A DNA stretch of 64,000 nt from Oscillospiraceae bacterium. GTDB lineage: Bacteria > Bacillota > Clostridia > Oscillospirales > CAG-382. Location: assembly GCA_015064945.1 (NCBI GenBank), contig SVRF01000002.1:10224-74223 (forward strand). The letters are read 5' to 3'. The position numbers and the translations under genes are program-made. Positions 46,373 through 55,300 of this stretch are shown here, piece after piece (the stretch's first letter is position 1; each line of letters opens with the position of its first letter). The notes beneath the pieces were generated by a model. That model was not told where the DNA came from. It saw nothing but the letters and a program-made list of their open reading frames with translations, and searched no databases.

Positions 46373-46973
46373 CCTTATTTCGTTTTTTAAGCATCTTTTT
46401 CCGTACTAATTGCTCGGTCTCCTGCTTTATGATCTCCGCCTCCATTTTAGCACGGTGCTTGGTGGTGATGGTGGTAAAGCAGGTAAAAAGCAACCAAGCG
46501 TTAAGGAACAAAACCACGTACAGACCTACCATAACCACCACCTCGAAACCGGAGCGGGAGAAGGACTCCCCCACCTTTACCGCCATATAAAGGGCGGTCA
46601 GGTATGCGGTTATACGGGCACGCATTGCAAAAGTGACAGCTCCGCCCTCTGCGGCGATACGTGCGGTGCTGTTGCCGTGGGCAAGGGAAAGCACCGAAGC
46701 GATTACAGCTAAGGCAACGCCCTTAACAGCCAAAAGGGGTTGGGGTATAGCCCCAAGTCCCAAAACGGACTGCACAGTGTTATACAAGTCAAAAAGGGCG
46801 AAAGGAACGGCGACTGCTGCGCATATTGCGGCAAGTTTGTAGCCCCGATACGCCTTAAGCTCGGAGGATACGCCAAAGAAGCCCATGCTTATCAAAGCAT
46901 AGCCAAGTACGTTAAGCCCCAAATGCTCCAGCATTAAAAGCATATATCCAAATGCGCAAAGACCAAAGCCCAT
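46353..46973 (-). CDS. Polytopic membrane protein of unknown function with a charged C-terminal tail
   Basis: About 5-6 hydrophobic segments, then KHRAKMEAEIIKQETEQLVRKKMLKKRNKDEGNEA. It starts 19 nt after the secA stop. Confidence 0.55.
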   Translation of the reverse strand: MGFGLCAFGYMLLMLEHLGLNVLGYALISMGFFGVSSELKAYRGYKLAAICAAVAVPFALFDLYNTVQSVLGLGAIPQPLLAVKGVALAVIASVLSLAHGNSTARIAAEGGAVTFAMRARITAYLTALYMAVKVGESFSRSGFEVVVMVGLYVVLFLNAWLLFTCFTTITTKHRAKMEAEIIKQETEQLVRKKMLKKRNKDEGNEA

Positions 46974-46991
46974 AGCCCTAATGTTCCTTTC

Positions 46992-49742
46992 TTACTCCTT
47001 GCTGTCGGTATTGCCCATACAGCATTTCTTAAACTTTTTACCGCTTCCGCAGGGGCAGGGGTCGTTAGGACCCACCTTTTGCTCCTTGGTTTTAACAACG
47101 GTGCGCTTGATAACAGGCTTTTCGCCGTTGGATACGGCGTTGCCCTTAAGCACCTCTTTTCTTTCCATAGGTGCCGCCTTGGGACGTACGGAAAGCAGTT
47201 TGCGTACGGTAGTCTCTCTTATATCCGCAATCATACGGTCAAACATATCGCCGCCTTCAAGACGGTACTCGGTTATAGGGTTCTTCTGAGCATAGCTAAG
47301 CAGGCCTATACCGTCCTTAAGGTCATCCATCGCATCTATATGAAGCATCCAATTGCGGTCAACGCTTTCAAGCAGAACGACCCTCTCCACCTCACGGAAG
47401 ATATCGGGGGTAAACAGCTCTTCCTGGGCGGCGTATCTCTCCTTGGTGCGTTCTACCAAAAAGTCACGCAGGTCCTCACGGGTAAGTGCACCCAGCTCCT
47501 CTGCGCTGTAGCGGAAGTCCTCCTCGGTACAAATCAGACCCATAAGCTCCTGACGCAAAGCGTCAAAGTTCCACTCATCGGCAATATCGCCCTGAATATG
47601 CTTGTAAACGGCGCTGTCAACAAAGTCGCCGAACATATCGGTAATGGTTTCCCTAAGGTTCTTGCCGTCCAAAACGGAACGGCGCTGTTTATAAATAACC
47701 TCACGGTGCTGGTTCATAACATCGTCATACTCCAGCACGTGCTTACGGCGTTCAAAGTTGTTACCCTCAAGACGCATCTGTGCGTTTTCGATAGAGCCGG
47801 AGAGTATACGGGCGTCGATGGGCGTATCCTCGCCCACACCAAGCCTTTGTACCAGATTGAACACACGCTCTGCACCGAAAAGGCGCATAAGGTCGTCCTG
47901 CAAGGACAGGAAGAAACGGCTTTCACCGGGGTCGCCCTGTCTGCCCGCACGGCCGCGGAGCTGGTTGTCTATACGGCGGCTTTCGTGACGTTCCGTACCG
48001 AGGATAAACAGACCGCCTGCTTCTCTAACCTTCTCCGCCTCTGCCTTGGTAACCTGCTCTGCTTCGGCGTTATACTGTGCGTATTTCTCTCTTATCTCAA
48101 TTATTTCTTCATCATCGGTAGACGCAAAGCCCGTCGCTTCAAAAATCTTTGCATCGTCATAGCCCTCTTTTCTGAGGCGCTCCTTGGCGATATAGTCGGC
48201 GTTACCGCCCAGCATAATGTCAGTACCTCTGCCCGCCATATTGGTGGAGATGGTAACGGCACCGTACTTGCCCGCCTGAGCAACTATCTCTGCCTCTTTA
48301 TCGTGGTACTTGGCGTTAAGCACGGTATGGGGTATGCCCGTCTTGGAAAGAAGCTTGGAAAGCATTTCGCTCTTTTCAACGGAAACGGTGCCCACAAGCA
48401 CGGGCTGACCCTTTGCGTGACAAGCGGCTATCTGGTCAAGTATAGCCTTGTACTTGCCGTTTAAGGTAGTGTAAACCGCATCGTTGTGGTCTTTGCGTAT
48501 CATGGGCTTGTTGGTGGGGATTTCCACCACGTCAAGCTTATATATGGAACGGAACTCCTCTTCCTCGGTAAGTGCCGTACCCGTCATACCCGAAAGCTTG
48601 CCGTAAAGGCGGAAGAAGTTCTGGAAGGTGATAGTTGCCATGGTCTTGTTTTCACGCTCTATCTTAACGCCTTCCTTAGCCTCCAGCGCCTGATGCAAGC
48701 CGTTGGAGTAACGTCTGCCGTGCATAACACGGCCCGTAAAGCTGTCAATAATAAGCACTTGACCGTCACGAACAAGATAATCCACGTCACGCTGCATTAC
48801 GCCGCGGGCACGGATAGCGTTGTTAAGGTGGTGCATAAGGGCGTTGTTCTCGGGGTCGCCTATGTTTTCCACGCCGAAGTGCGCCTCTGCCTTGCGGAGA
48901 CCGTCACCGGTAAGCACGGCGGTGCGTGCCTTTTCGTCAACGATATAGTCAGCACCCTCCACGTGCTCCTGATCTTCCTTTGCGTCTATCTCCTTTATGC
49001 GCTTAACTCTCAGCTTGCGCACAAACTCGTCTGCTTTTTCGTAAAGAGGGTCGCTGGCGGCACCTGCGCCGGATATGATAAGGGGTGTTCTCGCCTCGTC
49101 TATCAATATAGAGTCCACCTCGTCCACTATGGCAAAGGCGTGCCCGCGCTGTACGGTACGCTCCTTATAAACAGCCATATTATCACGAAGATAGTCAAAG
49201 CCCAGCTCGTTATTGGTACCGTAGGTAATGTCGGCATTATATGCCGCCTGACGCTCTGCCGTTTTAAGGCCGTTAACTATAAGACCTACCGAAAGCCCCA
49301 TAAAGCGGAAGATGCTGCCCATCCACTCACTGTCACGCTTTGCCAAATAGTCGTTAACGGTAACTATATGCACGCCCTTGCCGTTAAGGGCGTTAAGGTA
49401 TGCGGGCAGGGTTGCCATAAGGGTCTTACCTTCACCCGTCTTCATCTCTGCAATTCTGCCCTGATGTATAACGATACCGCCTATAAGCTGTACCCTGTAG
49501 TGGCGTTTGCCAAGCACACGGTCAGACGCCTCACGCACGGCGGCAAAGGCATCGGGCAGTATATCGTCAAGGGTCTCGCCTTTGGCAAGTCTATCCTTAA
49601 GCACCTGTGTCTGTGCGGTAAGGGTGCTGTCATCCATCGCCTTATATTTATCTGCAAGGGACTCTATTTTATCAACCAACGGCATTATTTTTTTAACCTG
49701 ACGCTGGCTGTATGTTCCGAAAATCTTAGTAACCAAGGACAT
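46992..49742 (-). CDS. secA: Preprotein translocase ATPase SecA
   Basis: 916 aa. DEAD-like motor motifs (MKTGEGKT, DEVDSILIDEARTPLIISG) and the C-terminal zinc motif CPCGSGKKFKKCC. Confidence 0.97.
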   Translation of the reverse strand: MSLVTKIFGTYSQRQVKKIMPLVDKIESLADKYKAMDDSTLTAQTQVLKDRLAKGETLDDILPDAFAAVREASDRVLGKRHYRVQLIGGIVIHQGRIAEMKTGEGKTLMATLPAYLNALNGKGVHIVTVNDYLAKRDSEWMGSIFRFMGLSVGLIVNGLKTAERQAAYNADITYGTNNELGFDYLRDNMAVYKERTVQRGHAFAIVDEVDSILIDEARTPLIISGAGAASDPLYEKADEFVRKLRVKRIKEIDAKEDQEHVEGADYIVDEKARTAVLTGDGLRKAEAHFGVENIGDPENNALMHHLNNAIRARGVMQRDVDYLVRDGQVLIIDSFTGRVMHGRRYSNGLHQALEAKEGVKIERENKTMATITFQNFFRLYGKLSGMTGTALTEEEEFRSIYKLDVVEIPTNKPMIRKDHNDAVYTTLNGKYKAILDQIAACHAKGQPVLVGTVSVEKSEMLSKLLSKTGIPHTVLNAKYHDKEAEIVAQAGKYGAVTISTNMAGRGTDIMLGGNADYIAKERLRKEGYDDAKIFEATGFASTDDEEIIEIREKYAQYNAEAEQVTKAEAEKVREAGGLFILGTERHESRRIDNQLRGRAGRQGDPGESRFFLSLQDDLMRLFGAERVFNLVQRLGVGEDTPIDARILSGSIENAQMRLEGNNFERRKHVLEYDDVMNQHREVIYKQRRSVLDGKNLRETITDMFGDFVDSAVYKHIQGDIADEWNFDALRQELMGLICTEEDFRYSAEELGALTREDLRDFLVERTKERYAAQEELFTPDIFREVERVVLLESVDRNWMLHIDAMDDLKDGIGLLSYAQKNPITEYRLEGGDMFDRMIADIRETTVRKLLSVRPKAAPMERKEVLKGNAVSNGEKPVIKRTVVKTKEQKVGPNDPCPCGSGKKFKKCCMGNTDSKE

Positions 49743-49820
49743 AGTTAGCCCTCCCCTTATAATTAATCAGTTTATTATACTATAAAATTTTCCAAATTGA
49801 AAGTGTTTTGCAAAAAATAT

Positions 49821-49849
49821 TTGCACAAAACGAAAAAAAGCGTTATAAT
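49821..49849 (+). promoter_or_regulatory. Putative sigma-A promoter of the trmL-mnmE-mnmG-rsmG operon
   Basis: TTGCAC (49821-49826), 17-nt spacer, TATAAT (49844-49849). Confidence 0.55.
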
Positions 49850-49890
49850 GTAATCTGTGTATATTTGCGATAATATTGAGAGGCATAGAT

Positions 49891-50412
49891 ATGAAAAAGA
49901 TAAACGTGGTTTTGCTTGAGCCGGAGATACCCCAAAACACAGGCAACATAGCCCGTACCTGCGCCGCTACCGACAGCGCACTGCACCTTATACGCCCCTT
50001 GGGCTTTGATGTGGACGACAAGCACCTGAAGCGTGCAGGGCTTGACTATTGGCAGTACTTGGACTTGCACTTCTACGACGGCTGGGCGGATTTTATAGAC
50101 AAGCACGGAGATAAGGAGCTTTACTTTTTCTCCACCAAGGCGCGCCGCTGTTATGCGGAAGCAGAATACGGCGACGAGGTGTTTCTTATATTCGGCAAGG
50201 AGACCGCAGGTATACCCGAGGAGATACTTAAGACCCACGAGGAAAGCTGTGTGCGCATCCCCATGTACGGCGACTTGCGCAGTCTTAACCTCTCCAACAG
50301 TGCGGCAATAGCCGTATACGAGGTGCTTAGGCAAAAGGGCTTTGAGGGACTTAACAGAGCAGGCAAGCTTTTCCCCGCAGAGGTGGATATTAACGGCGAG
50401 GTGGTATTTTGA
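49891..50412 (+). CDS. trmL: tRNA (cytidine/uridine-2'-O-)-methyltransferase, SpoU/TrmL family
   Basis: MKKINVVLLEPEIPQNTGNIARTCAAT and the LNLSNSAAIAVYE knot motif. ATG at 49891. Confidence 0.85.
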   Translation: MKKINVVLLEPEIPQNTGNIARTCAATDSALHLIRPLGFDVDDKHLKRAGLDYWQYLDLHFYDGWADFIDKHGDKELYFFSTKARRCYAEAEYGDEVFLIFGKETAGIPEEILKTHEESCVRIPMYGDLRSLNLSNSAAIAVYEVLRQKGFEGLNRAGKLFPAEVDINGEVVF

Positions 50413-51758
50413 GAACTATAAGCGCAATAGGAACGCCCCATGGCGTAGGTGCGGTATCTATGATACGGCTTACGGGCGACGATGTGTTTGCGGTAGTGGA
50501 AAAGGTTTTTTGCGCCAAAAGCAAGAACACATCTCCGCGCACCGCAATATACGGCAATTTTAAGGACGAGCGCGGATTTTTTGACGACGGTATTGTAATT
50601 CTTTACCCTGCACCTGCCTCTTATACAGGGGAGGATATGGCAGAGCTGATGTGCCACGGCGGCGTGCTTGCCACCACCAGACTGCTTAGCGCAACCCTCT
50701 CAGCAGGGGCGGCAATGGCAAGCGCAGGGGAGTTTACCCGACGCGCCTTTATAAACGGCAAGCTTAGTCTTTCACAGGCAGAGGCAGTAGGTCTGCTTAT
50801 AGAGGCAAAGACGGACAGTTGCCTTGACATAGGCATAAAGCACCTTGGGGGCGCACTTACCAAAAGCATAAATCAGTGCAGCGACAGACTGCTTGCTATG
50901 GCATCATCAATGTACGCCTATATAGATTACCCCGAGGAGGACCTGACCGACCTTAGCCCCGATGAGCTTAAGGTGGGGCTTGAAGAAGTCCTTGCAAAGC
51001 TTGACAGGCTTAAAAGCAGCTACCGCTACGGAAAAGCCATAACCGAAGGCGTGAAGTGCGCCATAGTGGGCTGTCCCAACACGGGCAAAAGCTCGGTTTT
51101 GAATATGCTTGCAGGTGAGGAGCGTGCCATCGTTACCTCCATAGCGGGCACAACCCGTGACGTGGTGACGGAGACGGTGCGTCTGGGCGACGTGCTGCTT
51201 AAGCTTTCCGACACGGCAGGGCTTAGGGAAGGCGGCGGCGAGATAGAGCGAATAGGCATAAAACGCAGTATAGAAAGCCTTAAAAGTGCAGAGCTGGTGC
51301 TTGCGGTATTTGACGGCTCTAAGCCCCAAAGCGAGGGCGACAACAGCGTTATAGAGTATATAGAGCAGGCGGGCAAGACCGCCGTTACCGTAGGTATAAT
51401 AAACAAGTCCGATAAGGGCAAAGCCCACAGCTACACCCTACCCTTCAGACAGATAAGCCTTTCCGCCAAAAACGGCGATGGTATGGAAGCCCTTGAAGCG
51501 GCAGTAAACCAGCTTTACAGCAGCGGAATTGAGCGTGACGCAGGGGAGACCGTAACCAACGCCCGTCAGCACGCCGCAGTGTGCCGCGCGGCGGAAAGCG
51601 TAAGCGCCGCCATAGCCGCCCTTGAGGCAGGCTACACCCAGGACGTGGCAGGACTTGACATAGAGGACGCCATAGCCGCTCTCGGCGAGCTGGACGGCAA
51701 GCGTGTAAACGAAGATATAGTTAACGAGATATTCTCCCGCTTTTGCGTGGGTAAATAA
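50409..51758 (+). CDS. mnmE: tRNA modification GTPase MnmE
   Basis: G domain GCPNTGKSS...DTAGLRE and the C-terminal FCVGK. The TTG start overlaps the trmL stop. Confidence 0.95.
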   Translation: MRTISAIGTPHGVGAVSMIRLTGDDVFAVVEKVFCAKSKNTSPRTAIYGNFKDERGFFDDGIVILYPAPASYTGEDMAELMCHGGVLATTRLLSATLSAGAAMASAGEFTRRAFINGKLSLSQAEAVGLLIEAKTDSCLDIGIKHLGGALTKSINQCSDRLLAMASSMYAYIDYPEEDLTDLSPDELKVGLEEVLAKLDRLKSSYRYGKAITEGVKCAIVGCPNTGKSSVLNMLAGEERAIVTSIAGTTRDVVTETVRLGDVLLKLSDTAGLREGGGEIERIGIKRSIESLKSAELVLAVFDGSKPQSEGDNSVIEYIEQAGKTAVTVGIINKSDKGKAHSYTLPFRQISLSAKNGDGMEALEAAVNQLYSSGIERDAGETVTNARQHAAVCRAAESVSAAIAALEAGYTQDVAGLDIEDAIAALGELDGKRVNEDIVNEIFSRFCVGK

Positions 51759-51770
51759 GGAGCAACAAAT

Positions 51771-53651
51771 ATGATTACATATAATGCCGAAGCTCTTGAG
51801 GTAGCGGTAATAGGCGCAGGGCACGCAGGTATAGAAGCCGCCCTTGCCGCCGCACGCTTGGGACACAAGACGGCAATCTTCACCCTATCCCTTGACCTTG
51901 TGGGCAATATGCCCTGTAACCCTTCCATAGGCGGCACGGGCAAGGGACACCTGGTATACGAGATCAACGCACTCGGCGGTGAGATGGGCAAGGCGGCGGA
52001 CAAAGTAATGCTTCAAAGCCGTATGCTTAATCTCAGCAAAGGGCCTGCGGTGCACAGCCTGCGTATGCAGTCCGACCGCCGCAGGTATCAGGACAATATG
52101 AAGCAGACCCTTGAAAACACGCCTAACCTTAAAGTGATACAGGCGGAGGTTACGGAGGTAAGAGCCGAGGACGGCAAGGTTACGGGGGTTGTGACCGCAT
52201 TCGGTGCGGTGTACCCTGCGGCGGCGGTTATAATCGCCACGGGCACCTCTCTGGGCGGCAGGATAATAGTTGGAGAGCACGCTTACGACTCCGGCCCCGA
52301 CAACACCAAGGCGGCGGTATCCCTCTCCGACTCACTGCGAGCAATCGGTGTACCTCTGCGCCGCTTTAAGACGGGCACCCCTGCACGTATACACAAGGAC
52401 AGCATAGATTTTTCCGTACTGGAGGAGCAAAAGGGTGACGAGCCACCCACATACTTCTCGGTAGAGGGTGAAAAAAGCGCAGGGGGCTACTCCTGTCATA
52501 TAACCTACACCAACGGGGAGACCCACAAGATAATCCGTGACAACCTGCACCGAAGCCCCCTTTTCGGCGGTATGATTTCGGGCGTGGGTCCACGCTACTG
52601 CCCCAGCATAGAGGACAAGGTGGTACGCTTTGCGGATAAGGAGCGCCACCAGATATTTATAGAGCCCATGGGCGAAAACACCAAGGAGATGTACCTTCAG
52701 GGACTTTCCTCCTCCTTGCCGGAGGAGGTACAGCTTCAGCTTGTGCACAGCATCAAGGGGCTTGAGAAAGCGGAATTTATGCGCACCGCCTACGCCATAG
52801 AGTACGACTGTACCGACCCTACGGAGCTTAAGGCAAGCCTTGAGTTTAAGAAGATAGAAGGGCTTTTCGGCGCAGGGCAGTTTAACGGCAGCAGCGGCTA
52901 CGAGGAGGCGGCGGCACAGGGGCTTATTGCAGGCATCAACGCCGCACTTAAGCTTGAAGGCAGAGAGCCCCTTATTCTCAGCCGTGGAGAAAGCTATATA
53001 GGCACACTTATTGACGATTTGGTAACCAAGGGCACCAACGAGCCCTACCGTATGATGACCTCCAGAAGCGAGTACCGTCTGCTTCTAAGACAGGATAACG
53101 CCGAGGACAGGCTTATAGAAAAAGGCAGAGCCGTAGGCTTGGTAGGCGACGGGCAGTACAACCGCTACCTTGCGGACAAGGCGGCGATAGAAGCGGAGAT
53201 AGAGCGTCTTAAGAGCGAATCTCTGCCCAAGACGGAAGGGCTGGACGAGCTGCTAACGTCGGCAGGCTTTCCGCTTACGGTTGGCGGCATCCGCAAAGGG
53301 GAGTTGCTTAAGCGTCCCGGCATAACCATAGCGGACATATACCGTCTGGAGGGTAACGAAAACCCACCCGAAAGACGTATCGCCATGCGTGTGGAAACGG
53401 AGATACGCTACGCAGGCTACATCGAAAAGCAAAGACGTGAGGTAGAAAAGCTTGCAGGTCTTGAAAGCAAAAGACTGCCCCCGGATATAGATTACAGCAA
53501 AATAAAGGGCATCCGCATAGAGGCGGCGCAAAAGCTTGAAAAGCTACGCCCCGAAAGCATAGGCCACGCCGCGCGAATATCGGGCATAAGCCCTGCGGAT
53601 ATAAGCGTGTTGCTTATCTACCTATCCCAAGGAGGAGGTAAGAAGGAATGA
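51771..53651 (+). CDS. mnmG: tRNA uridine 5-carboxymethylaminomethyl modification enzyme MnmG
   Basis: FAD motif VIGAGHAGIEAA. 626 aa with a GidA-like sequence throughout. Confidence 0.95.
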   Translation: MITYNAEALEVAVIGAGHAGIEAALAAARLGHKTAIFTLSLDLVGNMPCNPSIGGTGKGHLVYEINALGGEMGKAADKVMLQSRMLNLSKGPAVHSLRMQSDRRRYQDNMKQTLENTPNLKVIQAEVTEVRAEDGKVTGVVTAFGAVYPAAAVIIATGTSLGGRIIVGEHAYDSGPDNTKAAVSLSDSLRAIGVPLRRFKTGTPARIHKDSIDFSVLEEQKGDEPPTYFSVEGEKSAGGYSCHITYTNGETHKIIRDNLHRSPLFGGMISGVGPRYCPSIEDKVVRFADKERHQIFIEPMGENTKEMYLQGLSSSLPEEVQLQLVHSIKGLEKAEFMRTAYAIEYDCTDPTELKASLEFKKIEGLFGAGQFNGSSGYEEAAAQGLIAGINAALKLEGREPLILSRGESYIGTLIDDLVTKGTNEPYRMMTSRSEYRLLLRQDNAEDRLIEKGRAVGLVGDGQYNRYLADKAAIEAEIERLKSESLPKTEGLDELLTSAGFPLTVGGIRKGELLKRPGITIADIYRLEGNENPPERRIAMRVETEIRYAGYIEKQRREVEKLAGLESKRLPPDIDYSKIKGIRIEAAQKLEKLRPESIGHAARISGISPADISVLLIYLSQGGGKKE

Positions 53652-54343
53652 GCCTTAAGGAGCTTACAAAGACCTATGCCCCTATGGAGCTTGATGAGAT
53701 ATGTCTTAACAAACTTGAGGTCATAGGCACAAGACTGCAAAGCGAAAACAAAAAATACAACCTGACAGCCCTTACCGCCGACGAGGATATAGCAATACTG
53801 CATTTTGCGGACTGCCTGCAGCTTGTTAAAAACGTGGATTTTGCAGGCAAGACCGTGGTGGACGTTGGTTGCGGCGGCGGTTTTCCATCCCTTGTAATAG
53901 GGGCGGCAGAGCCGAGCGCCAAGGTGCACGCCCTTGACAGCACCGCCAAAAAGTTAGGCTTTGTGGCAGAGACCGCAACCCTTGCAGGTATGGACAATAT
54001 AAGCACCTTGGTGGGCAGAGCGGAAGAGCTTGTTGCCGACAGGCGTGAAAGCTTTGATATAGCCGTATCCCGTGGGGTGTCCCGCCTTAACATACTTGCA
54101 GAGCTGTGCCTGCCCTACGTAAAGGTAGGCGGTCTGTTTGCGGCAATGAAGGGCGCCGGCGGCGAGTCAGAGGCGGCAGAGGCAGAAAAGGGCATCGCCC
54201 GCCTTGGAGGCAAGCTTAAGGCGATAATCCCTGCGCCTGTAAAGGGCGGCGAGGACCATTGCGTTGTGGTAATAGAAAAACTGCGACCCACACCCAAGGA
54301 GTACCCCCGTCAGTACAACAAAATAAAAAAGAACCCCATGTAA
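53648..54343 (+). CDS. rsmG: 16S rRNA (guanine527-N7)-methyltransferase
   Basis: SAM motif VVDVGCGGGFPS. ATGA overlap with mnmG, in the classic gidA-gidB order. Confidence 0.9.
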   Translation: MSLKELTKTYAPMELDEICLNKLEVIGTRLQSENKKYNLTALTADEDIAILHFADCLQLVKNVDFAGKTVVDVGCGGGFPSLVIGAAEPSAKVHALDSTAKKLGFVAETATLAGMDNISTLVGRAEELVADRRESFDIAVSRGVSRLNILAELCLPYVKVGGLFAAMKGAGGESEAAEAEKGIARLGGKLKAIIPAPVKGGEDHCVVVIEKLRPTPKEYPRQYNKIKKNPM

Positions 54344-54356
54344 AGAGGTACATAAC

Positions 54357-55202
54357 GTGGCAAACAAGGCCTATCTTGAAATAACGAATATATGCAACCT
54401 GCGCTGTGGCTTCTGCCACGGTACAAGGCGTGCGCCCGCTTTTATTACAGAAGCGCAGTTTACCCTTGCCGCAAGCCGTTTGCGCCCCTTTTGCGACTAT
54501 TTGTATTTTCATTTGATGGGCGAGCCGCTGTTGCACCCACAGCTTAGCCGATTTTTTGATATTGCGGCAGTCCTCGGCTTTAAGGTGATAATAACCACCA
54601 ACGGCACCCTGCTTGCAGAAAAGAAGGACGTGCTTCTTAGTGCAAGATCCTTGCACAAGGTCAGCGTATCCCTCCACGCCTATGAGTCGAACACTCTTCC
54701 CTACCCCTTGGAGGAGTATTTGGAAAAGGTGTTTGATTTTTGTGATACGGCATCGGAAAAGGGCATAATATCCGTTATGCGGTTGTGGAATATCGGCGGC
54801 AAGGAAGCACTGAACGAGCAGATTGTGAAGGAGATTCAGCACCGTTTCGGCGGCGAATGGGAAAAGCGCTTCAGCGGTCAGCGCATAAGAGAGCGGTTGT
54901 ATTTGGAATGGGGCGAGCTGTTTGAGTGGCCCGACCTGTCACTGCCCGTAGTTGGCAACCGCCACGGCTGTTACGGTCTGCGTGACCAGATAGGCGTGCT
55001 GTGTGACGGCACCGTGGTGCCCTGTTGTCTGGATGCAGAGGGCTCAGCGGCGCTGGGCAACCTCTTTACGCAGGAGCTTGACGAAATATTGGCGTCCCCA
55101 AAAGCGGTGGCCATAAAAGAGGGCTTCAAAAAGCGCAAAATAACCGAGCCGCTGTGTATGCGTTGCGGTTTTGCCCACTCTAAATTCAGCCTCTCGCTTT
55201 AA
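54357..55202 (+). CDS. Small radical SAM protein with a C-terminal SPASM/twitch-like Cys domain
   Basis: CNLRCGFC (CX3CX2C) near the N-terminus. The C-terminus has GCYG..VLCDGTVVPCC...PLCMRCGF. 281 aa, GTG start. Confidence 0.75.
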   Translation: MANKAYLEITNICNLRCGFCHGTRRAPAFITEAQFTLAASRLRPFCDYLYFHLMGEPLLHPQLSRFFDIAAVLGFKVIITTNGTLLAEKKDVLLSARSLHKVSVSLHAYESNTLPYPLEEYLEKVFDFCDTASEKGIISVMRLWNIGGKEALNEQIVKEIQHRFGGEWEKRFSGQRIRERLYLEWGELFEWPDLSLPVVGNRHGCYGLRDQIGVLCDGTVVPCCLDAEGSAALGNLFTQELDEILASPKAVAIKEGFKKRKITEPLCMRCGFAHSKFSLSL

Positions 55203-55228
55203 AACCATCGCATTTACCGCAGGTAAAT

Positions 55229-55289
55229 ATATCGCGCCCACGGGCATATCGCGCCGCAGGTATATCGCGCGGCGAAGCCGCATATCGCC
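55229..55289. repeat. Four degenerate tandem repeats with the core ATATCGCGC
   Basis: Cores at 55229, 55246, 55262 and 55282, giving spacings of 17, 16 and 20 nt. Confidence 0.6.
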
Positions 55290-55300
55290 AACAACCTGCC

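Noticed and set aside
47079-49748. Plus-strand ORFs of 461 aa and 420 aa antisense to secA
   Set aside because: Same reasoning: shadow frames of a highly conserved gene. The same applies to 41323-42279, 27070-27813, 59630-60418, 60694-61494 and similar ORFs in the track.
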